A stretch of DNA of 63,989 nt, the filler included, from Candidatus Rokuibacteriota bacterium (GTDB lineage: Bacteria > JAUVQV01 > DATDCY01), in the NCBI GenBank assembly GCA_031406795.1. It is 6 parts of 6 records of this genome, joined end to end, with 100 filler letters (N's around TTAATTAATTAA, not from the genome) between each part and the next. Parts side by side here need not be neighbours in the genome. Positions count along the whole stretch, not along the records: positions 58,408 to 62,267 come from JANOHV010000189.1; positions 62,368 to 63,989 come from JANOHV010000035.1; 4 more parts are not named here. One strand, given 5' to 3'. The translations under genes and the position numbers were made by a program. Shown in pieces: positions 58,308 to 63,989 of the stretch. Within the stretch, counting starts at the first letter, position 1; each line of letters begins with the position of its first letter. A model generated the notes under the pieces. The model was not told the origin of the DNA, searched no databases, and worked only from the letters and a program-made list of their open reading frames with translations.

Positions 58308-58407
58308 NNNNNNNNNNNNNNNNNNNNNNNNNNNNNNNNNNNNNNNNNNNNTTAATTAATTAANNNNNNNNNNNNNNNNNNNNNNNNNNNNNNNNNNNNN
58401 NNNNNNN
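58308..58407. other. Artificial contig linker
   Basis: N-run + TTAATTAATTAA + N-run. Confidence 0.98.
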
Positions 58408-58564
58408 CCCTTTTGATCAGCCTGGCCGTTCCCGTGCGCTGAAAAGGGCCCATCTGCTGCGTTGTCCTCCTCGCGGCTCCCTGCGGCGGGCACCAGCCCG
58501 CCTCAGTCGCCGCATCCTCGTCCGCCTTGCACCTGGACCCTTTTGATCAGCCTGGCCGTTCCCG
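58408..58564. repeat. ERIC-like element in tandem (130-bp period), minus orientation
   Basis: CCCTTTTGATCAGCCTGGCCGTTCCCG at 58408 and 58538. The interior is the reverse complement of the 62500 family. Confidence 0.75.
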
Positions 58565-58661
58565 GTCGTTGACGGCTGCACGGCCGCAGGATTCAATTGT
58601 CACTTCAGCGGACCTTTGTGATTAACACATTGAGAATATTGTGATAAACGCACAACGGTTC

Positions 58662-58740
58662 GTAGGGGCGGGGTTCATCCCCGCCCGAGTTGAGGACAGT
58701 TCACCGCAAACGGGCGGGAGGGGATAAACCCTCTCCCTAC
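58662..58740. repeat. GTAG-type REP doublet (REPIN-like)
   Basis: GTAGGGGCGGGGTTCATCCCCGCCCG ... CGGGAGGGGATAAACCCTCTCCCTAC. Confidence 0.8.
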
Positions 58741-58896
58741 GAATAATAACCGTCTGGGGTAACACAGGAAATATTCGCTGTAGTGTTAATCGGCCTAGCC
58801 GTTCCAGCGGGTACCCCCCGGTGGCATTGCCGCGAGCGAAGCGAGAGGCGACGATCACGACGAACCCTCACTCGTGCACGGGTTCCGTAACGTGCT

Positions 58897-59128
58897 GCCC
58901 GGGTCAGTCAGGAGGGGATTTTTTGTCCTGGCAAGGCAGCCGCGCTGCGCGCGCGGAGACGCACTCGTGTGCGCCGCACAAGCGACGCGAGCGGCAACGC
59001 CGCCAGGGCTGACCGGAGCGATCGCGATCCGCGAACGCGGGTAGTAAAGCGGGCGAAGCCCATCCCTGCCGGAGCGGCGGCCCGCATTGCGGGACGCCGA
59101 TAAAAAAACCCTCCTGAATGACCCGGGC
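58897..59128. repeat. MITE-like ERIC-like element with about 90-bp internal insertion
   Basis: TIRs GCCCGGGTCAGTCAGGAGGGGATTTTTTGTC / GATAAAAAAACCCTCCTGAATGACCCGGGC. Confidence 0.78.
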
Positions 59129-59137
59129 GCCTGGAAC

Positions 59138-59773
59138 TTACGGGTGACGGCCCTTCAGACGGTTGAGTTGGGAGACGACGGCGAAGCCCTCGTCGTTGAA
59201 GCAGAACAACTCGCGCGAGACGAAACGACGCGCGTACTCGTTGCCGGGAAACTGCAGGAAATCGTGGGTGCCCAGCAGGTCGGTCGCGTCGAGTTGGAGG
59301 CACAGTGAGCCGTACTCCAGATCGACCCACGCGTGATCCTGCAGCGAGCCTCCGAGCGCGACCTGGCCGGTGATGACCCGGACGCTGCCGGCCGGAACCC
59401 CGAGCGCCCGGATCAGGCTGGCGAGCAGGGTCGCTTTGCCAAGACAGCTCGCCCGCCCGTCGCGCAGGGTCTGCGCGGGTTCGCCCGCGGGCGCCGACGG
59501 TTCGAAGGCGATGCGGTCGCGGACGAAGCCATAGGCCGCTTCGAGCGAGCCGAGCCGGCGCGCGAGCGCCACCACTTCGGGCGCCTCGGGGGCGACGAGC
59601 GACTGGAATTCCTCGGGGTGGAGCACCCGGATGTCGTGATACTCGGTGCTCACCGGTTTCGCGTCGCTGCTGAGATCGCCGAGCATGAAACCGGCCGCGA
59701 GCGTCACCGCCGCCGCCAGCGCCTGCGGCCACCACCTGCGCCACACAGCCGTGACTGCGCCCATCGCTTTCAT
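59138..59773 (-). CDS. Transglutaminase-like exported or membrane-anchored protein
   Basis: N-terminal hydrophobic segment, ASCLGKATLLASL (Cys), HAWVD (His), LDAT (Asp). Confidence 0.8.
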   Translation of the reverse strand: MKAMGAVTAVWRRWWPQALAAAVTLAAGFMLGDLSSDAKPVSTEYHDIRVLHPEEFQSLVAPEAPEVVALARRLGSLEAAYGFVRDRIAFEPSAPAGEPAQTLRDGRASCLGKATLLASLIRALGVPAGSVRVITGQVALGGSLQDHAWVDLEYGSLCLQLDATDLLGTHDFLQFPGNEYARRFVSRELFCFNDEGFAVVSQLNRLKGRHP

Positions 59774-59828
59774 TTCCTCCGGCTTGTAGACCTGTCCCCG
59801 CCGCTTGTCAAGAGTCGTGCCGGCGCCG

Positions 59829-61646
59829 TCAGTCCCGGGACTTCGGCCGCTTGTTCGCCTGCATGATCTTCTTGCGGAAACGGAAGACCGCGGGCGTCAC
59901 CTCGAGCAGTTCGTCCTCGCGCAGGAACTCCAGCGCCTGCTCGAGGCTGAAGGTGCGGGGCGGCACCAGCTGCACGGTGTCGTCCGACCCGGAGGCGCGC
60001 ATGTTCGTCAGCTTCTTCTCCTTGACGATGTTCACGTCCAGGTCGTTCGGCCGCGCGTTTTCGCCGACGATCATCCCCTCGTAGACCTCCTCGGTCGGCG
60101 AGACGAACAGCGTCCCGCGCGGCTGGAGGTTCTCGATCGCGTACGAAGTCGCCTTGCCGGAGCGGTCGGACACCAGGGCGCCGTTCGGGCGCTGGGAGAT
60201 GGCGCCCTTCCAGGGCTCGTGCCCGTCGAAGATGTGGTTCATGATGCCGGCGCCCCGCGTCTCGGTCAGGAACTGCGTGCGGAAGCCGATCAGCCCGCGC
60301 GCGGGAATGCGGAACTCCAGGCGCGCGCGGCCGCTGCCGTGGTTGACCATCTTCATCATCCGCCCGCGGCGCGTCCCGACCATCTGCGTCACGGCGCCGA
60401 CGACCTCCTCCGGGCAGTCGACGATCAGGATCTCGACCGGCTCGTGGCGCTCGCCGTTGATCATCTTGGTCACCACCTCGGGACGGCCCACCGAGAGCTC
60501 GTACCCCTCGCGCCGCATCGTCTCGATGATGATCGCCAGCTGCAGTTCGCCGCGGCCGGCGACCATGAAGGCGTCGGGCGCCTCCGTCGGTTCGATCCGG
60601 ATCGAGACGTTGGACAGACTCTCCTTGGCGAGCCGGTCGCGCAGGTGGCGCGACGTCACGTATTTCCCGTCGCGGCCCGAGAGCGGCGAGGAGTTCACGG
60701 AGAAGACAACGGCGATCGTCGGCTCGTCGACCTTGATCGGCGGCAGCGGCTGCGGCGTCTCGGCGGAGGAGACCGTCTCGCCGATGTTCACGTCGGAGAA
60801 GCCGGAGAGCGCCACGATGTCCCCCGGGCCGGCCTCGGCGATCGGCACCCGCTTCAGGCCGGACTGGCCGAAGAGACCGGTGATCTTCGCGGTCACGACC
60901 GAACCGTCGAGCTTGCAGAGCGCGGCCTGCTGGTCCTTGCGGATGCTCCCGTTGAAGATCCGGCCGACGATCAGCCGGCCGATGTAGTCGTCGTAGTCGA
61001 TGTTCGCCACCAGCAGCTGCAGCGGCAACTCAGGGTCGTAGCGCGGGGGCGGCACCGCCTTGACGATCGCCTCGAGCAGGGGTATCAGCAGCTGGTCCTC
61101 CCCGTCGAGGCTGGTGCGGCAGGTCCCCTTGCGCGCGTTGCAGTAGAAGACCGGGAAGTCCAGCTGGTCCTCCGCGGCGTCGAGGTCGATGAACAGGTCG
61201 TAGACCTCGTCGAGGACCTCCTTCGTGCGCGCGTCGGGGCGGTCGATCTTGTTGATGACCAGAATCGGCGTGAGCTTCTTCTCGAGCGCCTTGGCGAGCA
61301 CGAAGCGCGTCTGGGGCAGCGGCCCCTCGCTCGCGTCCACGAGCAGCATCACCCCGTCGACCATCGAGAGCGTGCGCTCGACCTCGCCGCCGAAGTCCGC
61401 GTGCCCCGGGGTGTCGACGATGTTGATGTGCACGCCGTTGAACTCCACGGAGGTGTTCTTGGCCATGATCGTGATGCCCTTCTCGCGCTCGAGCGACATC
61501 GAATCCATGACGCGGACGGCGACGGTCTCGTTGGCGCGAAAGGTCCCGCTCTGCCAGAGCAGGGCGTCGACGAGCGTGGTCTTGCCGTGGTCGACATGGG
61601 CGATAATGGCGATGTTGCGAACGTCGTCGCGGGTGGCGCTGCTCAT
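59829..61646 (-). CDS. typA: Translational GTPase TypA/BipA
   Basis: [48 protein letters not shown]. Confidence 0.97.
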   Translation of the reverse strand: MSSATRDDVRNIAIIAHVDHGKTTLVDALLWQSGTFRANETVAVRVMDSMSLEREKGITIMAKNTSVEFNGVHINIVDTPGHADFGGEVERTLSMVDGVMLLVDASEGPLPQTRFVLAKALEKKLTPILVINKIDRPDARTKEVLDEVYDLFIDLDAAEDQLDFPVFYCNARKGTCRTSLDGEDQLLIPLLEAIVKAVPPPRYDPELPLQLLVANIDYDDYIGRLIVGRIFNGSIRKDQQAALCKLDGSVVTAKITGLFGQSGLKRVPIAEAGPGDIVALSGFSDVNIGETVSSAETPQPLPPIKVDEPTIAVVFSVNSSPLSGRDGKYVTSRHLRDRLAKESLSNVSIRIEPTEAPDAFMVAGRGELQLAIIIETMRREGYELSVGRPEVVTKMINGERHEPVEILIVDCPEEVVGAVTQMVGTRRGRMMKMVNHGSGRARLEFRIPARGLIGFRTQFLTETRGAGIMNHIFDGHEPWKGAISQRPNGALVSDRSGKATSYAIENLQPRGTLFVSPTEEVYEGMIVGENARPNDLDVNIVKEKKLTNMRASGSDDTVQLVPPRTFSLEQALEFLREDELLEVTPAVFRFRKKIMQANKRPKSRD

Positions 61647-61815
61647 GGTGCGGTGTCTCCTTGGCGGCCCGGAGCCGCGGTTTGGCTGGCTGCAGAAACG
61701 GACCCGGCCATCCGGACCCTCTCGTACAACTACTTTTCATTATTATACCAGACTTCAGGCATCTCCGCCGCACAACGGCGCGATAACCCTTCAGTGAACG
61801 GTGGCCCGACCAGTA

Positions 61816-61926
61816 CCGTTCGCCCTGAGCCGTGAGCTTGTCGAACGGTCGAAGGGCGTTTGTATGATGACTCATTCCCGTTCGTGGTTCGACCGTTCGT
61901 CAAGCTCACGGCTCACCACGAATGGG
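61816..61926. repeat. Palindromic repeat pair of the TGAGCTTGTCGAA type, nested
   Basis: CCGTTCGCCCTGAGCCGTGAGCTTGTCGAACGGTCGAAGGG ... TTCGACCGTTCGTCAAGCTCACGGCTCACCACGAATGG. Confidence 0.7.
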
Positions 61927-61980
61927 AAAAGTTGGCTCACTTCACTGAAGGGTTACGTTTGTCCCCTGTTCCCGAACAAG

Positions 61981-62154
61981 CGCGCGAGTCCGAGGAGAGC
62001 GCGAACGGCGACGTTCCTCAAGCAGGCCACGCGCACAACTTCGCGTGCACGGGCGCGCGAGTCCGACGAGAGCGCGAACGGCGACGTTCCTCAAGCAGGT
62101 CACGCGCACAACTTCGCGTGCACTGGCGCGCGAGTCCGACGAGAGCGCGAACGG
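61981..62154 (+). repeat. 73-bp tandem repeat, about 2.4 copies
   Basis: Units start CGCGCGAGTCCGA at 61981, 62054 and 62127 and are nearly identical. Confidence 0.85.
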
Positions 62155-62179
62155 GGTTGACCGTGCCGATCCCGGCGCG

Positions 62180-62267
62180 ATTTTGCGTCCCGGCAAGGCA
62201 GCGCCGAGCGCGCGCGGAGGCGGGCTCGTGCCCGCCGCACAAGCGACGCGAGAAGCAACGCCGCCGG
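62180..62267. repeat. ERIC-like element truncated at contig end
   Basis: Nearly identical to the interior of 56436-56524. Confidence 0.8.
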
Positions 62268-62367
62268 NNNNNNNNNNNNNNNNNNNNNNNNNNNNNNNNN
62301 NNNNNNNNNNNTTAATTAATTAANNNNNNNNNNNNNNNNNNNNNNNNNNNNNNNNNNNNNNNNNNNN
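62268..62367. other. Artificial contig linker
   Basis: N-run + TTAATTAATTAA + N-run. Confidence 0.98.
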
Positions 62368-62443
62368 CGTTGCTCCGCGCGTCGCTTGTGCGGCGCACAC
62401 GGAGTGCGCCTCCGCGCGCGCTTGTCGCGGCCTTGCCGGAACG
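62368..62443. repeat. ERIC-like element fragment (minus orientation) at contig start
   Basis: Reverse complement reads GCAAGGC..GCGCGCGCGGAGGCGCAC..GTGCGCCGCACAAGCGACGCG..GCAACG. Confidence 0.7.
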
Positions 62444-62499
62444 CATCATGACGCTCCTGACTGCCCCGGGCAGCGAATTGTCCATAACGGTCGCGGGGA

Positions 62500-62618
62500 G
62501 GACGTTCAAAAGGGTCCAGGTGCAAGGCGCCAGACGCACCGCGGACTGAGGCGGGCTCGTGCCCGCCGCAGGGAGGCGGAAGTCGGGCAACGCAGCAGAT
62601 GGGCCCTTTTCAACGCCC
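62500..62618. repeat. ERIC-like long palindromic repeat
   Basis: GGACGTTCAAAAGGGTCCAGGTGCAAGGC...GAGGCGGGC..GCCCGCCGCA...CAACGCAGCAGATGGGCCCTTTTCAACGCC. Confidence 0.78.
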
Positions 62619-62622
62619 GTAA

Positions 62623-63987
62623 TCACAGGGCATTCACCTCGGTCTGGAAGTGGCGGCCGCGCTCGGTGTAGTTCGCGTACTGGTCGAAGCTCGCGCAGGC
62701 CGGCGAGAGCAGCACGGCGTCGCCGGGCCGGGCCAGAGCGGCCGCGCGCCGGACCGCGGCCCCCATCTCGGCGACCATTTCGATCGGGGCGGTGCCGGCG
62801 AGTTCCGCGGCGATCTTCTCCCGGGCCTCGCCGAGCAGCACGAGCGCGCGCACCCTCCCGCGCACGAGCGGCGCCAGCGGCGCGTAGCTGCCACCTTTGT
62901 CCTTGCCGCCGAGTATCAGCACCACCTGGCCGGGCATCCCGGCGAGCGTGCGCGCCGTGGCACCGACATTCGTCCCCTTCGAGTCGTCGTACCAGCGCAC
63001 GGCGCCGACCTCGCGCACGAACTCGGTGCGGTGCGGCAGGCCGCGGAAGGAGCGGAAGACTTCGCGCACGTGCTTCGGCGCGCAGCCCGCGAGCAGGGCC
63101 AGCGCCGTGACGGCGAGGGCGTTTTCCTGGTTGTGGGTCCCCGCGATGCGCATCTCGGACACCGGGAGCACCCGCTGACCGAGACGCTCGCCGAGCCGCG
63201 AATAGATCCAGCCCCGGAAGAGGTAGACGCCGCGGCGGGGGATGCGCCGCATCGAGAACCAGACGGCGCGGGCCCGGGCGGCGGCGGCGCGGTCGACGAC
63301 GAGCGGGTCGTCGGCGTTGAGCACCAGATCGTCCCCCGCCTCCATGCGCTCGAAGATCCGCAGTTTGGCCTGCAGATACGCCTCGTACCCCGGATAACGG
63401 TCGAGGTGGTCTTCGCTCAGATTGAGCAGCGCGGCGATGCGCGGCCGGAAGGTCTCGATCCACTCGAGCTGGAAGCTGCTGATCTCCGCGACCACCCAGC
63501 GGGAAGCGCCGAGCGTGTCCAATTCCCCGATCAGCGGGTTGCCGATGTTGCCGCCGACGCGGGCCGGAATGCCGGCCGCCTCGAGCGCCAGCCCCAGCGC
63601 GGTCGTGACCGTGCTCTTCCCGTTCGTCCCGGTCACCGCCACCAGCGGCACCGGCAGGAAGCGGTAGGCCAGCTCGACTTCGCTGATGATGCGCACACCC
63701 GCCGCGCGGGCCCCGACCAGCAGCGGGTCGTCCATCGCCATCCCCGGGGAGGGCACCACCAGGTCCTGCTCGAGGAAGGTTGCCGCGCGGTGGCCGCCGA
63801 TTTCGCGCCGGACGCCCGGCTCGAGCGCGGCCAGTTCGCCCGCGAGCACCGACGCTTCCTTGCGGTCGGTCACCGTCACGACCGCCCCGCGACGGGCGAG
63901 GAAGTTCGCTGCAGCCAGTCCGGTGCGCGCCAGGCCGACCACGAGCGCCCGCCGGCCAGCCAGCTCGAGCGGTTCGCCGCGCGTGAA
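62623..63987 (-). CDS. murD: UDP-N-acetylmuramoyl-L-alanine--D-glutamate ligase (5'-truncated)
   Basis: VGLARTG, VTGTNGKSTV, GGNIG, EISSFQLE, DHLDRY, DDSKGTN, LLSPACASFDQY. Confidence 0.96.
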   Translation of the reverse strand, partial: FTRGEPLELAGRRALVVGLARTGLAAANFLARRGAVVTVTDRKEASVLAGELAALEPGVRREIGGHRAATFLEQDLVVPSPGMAMDDPLLVGARAAGVRIISEVELAYRFLPVPLVAVTGTNGKSTVTTALGLALEAAGIPARVGGNIGNPLIGELDTLGASRWVVAEISSFQLEWIETFRPRIAALLNLSEDHLDRYPGYEAYLQAKLRIFERMEAGDDLVLNADDPLVVDRAAAARARAVWFSMRRIPRRGVYLFRGWIYSRLGERLGQRVLPVSEMRIAGTHNQENALAVTALALLAGCAPKHVREVFRSFRGLPHRTEFVREVGAVRWYDDSKGTNVGATARTLAGMPGQVVLILGGKDKGGSYAPLAPLVRGRVRALVLLGEAREKIAAELAGTAPIEMVAEMGAAVRRAAALARPGDAVLLSPACASFDQYANYTERGRHFQTEVNAL

Positions 63988-63989
63988 GG

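Noticed and set aside
58612..58656. TTGTGAT repeats resembling CRP or Rex boxes
   Set aside because: Spacing does not match either consensus and there is no downstream gene on this contig to regulate.
61981..62154. Three 28-bp repeats at regular spacing resembling a CRISPR array
   Set aside because: The intervening sequences are nearly identical to each other and no cas genes are present, so it is a plain tandem repeat.

Overview
This is a very GC-rich bacterial draft or metagenome-assembled sequence. It consists of six contigs joined by artificial 100-bp N/TTAATTAATTAA linkers (26562-26661, 28980-29079, 49478-49577, 58308-58407, 62268-62367), so adjacency across linkers means nothing. Gene content suggests a diderm, Desulfobacterota/Myxococcota-like organism (inference). 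Contig 1 carries a PPK2 gene pair, a TolC-EmrA-EmrB pump, a deoxynucleoside kinase, a 36-aa basic micro-ORF with its own promoter and terminator, a MerR-like gene with a cluster of DnaA-box-like nonamers inside it, rarA, a CHASE2 cyclase and thiL. It continues with a Dif-like chemosensory operon ending in a PilB/GspE ATPase, a heme-c MCP fused to a PhnD-like domain, a cNMP-binding protein, ridA, rpmB, a micro-peptide membrane operon and partial recG. Contig 2 has TetR plus an alpha/beta hydrolase and may be foreign to the bin. Contig 3 has argS, SPOR, dGTPase, a RhlB-like helicase, cheB, pckA, a sensor kinase, Grx/FTR, nadD, rsfS, the bacillithiol genes bshC-bshB1-bshA, and an integron (long IntI, Pc, attI, first cassette with an amber stop). 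Contigs 4-6 carry pilT-like, recX, yebC, ilvE, ruvCAB, queH, FAD oxidoreductases, a transglutaminase-like gene, typA and murD. Many intergenic REP-type and ERIC-like palindromic repeats are present. No CRISPR array, rRNA or tRNA was seen. The best candidates for undescribed biology are the heme-c MCP-PhnD fusion beside the Dif/PilB locus, the intragenic DnaA-box cluster, and the His-containing micro-peptide operon.
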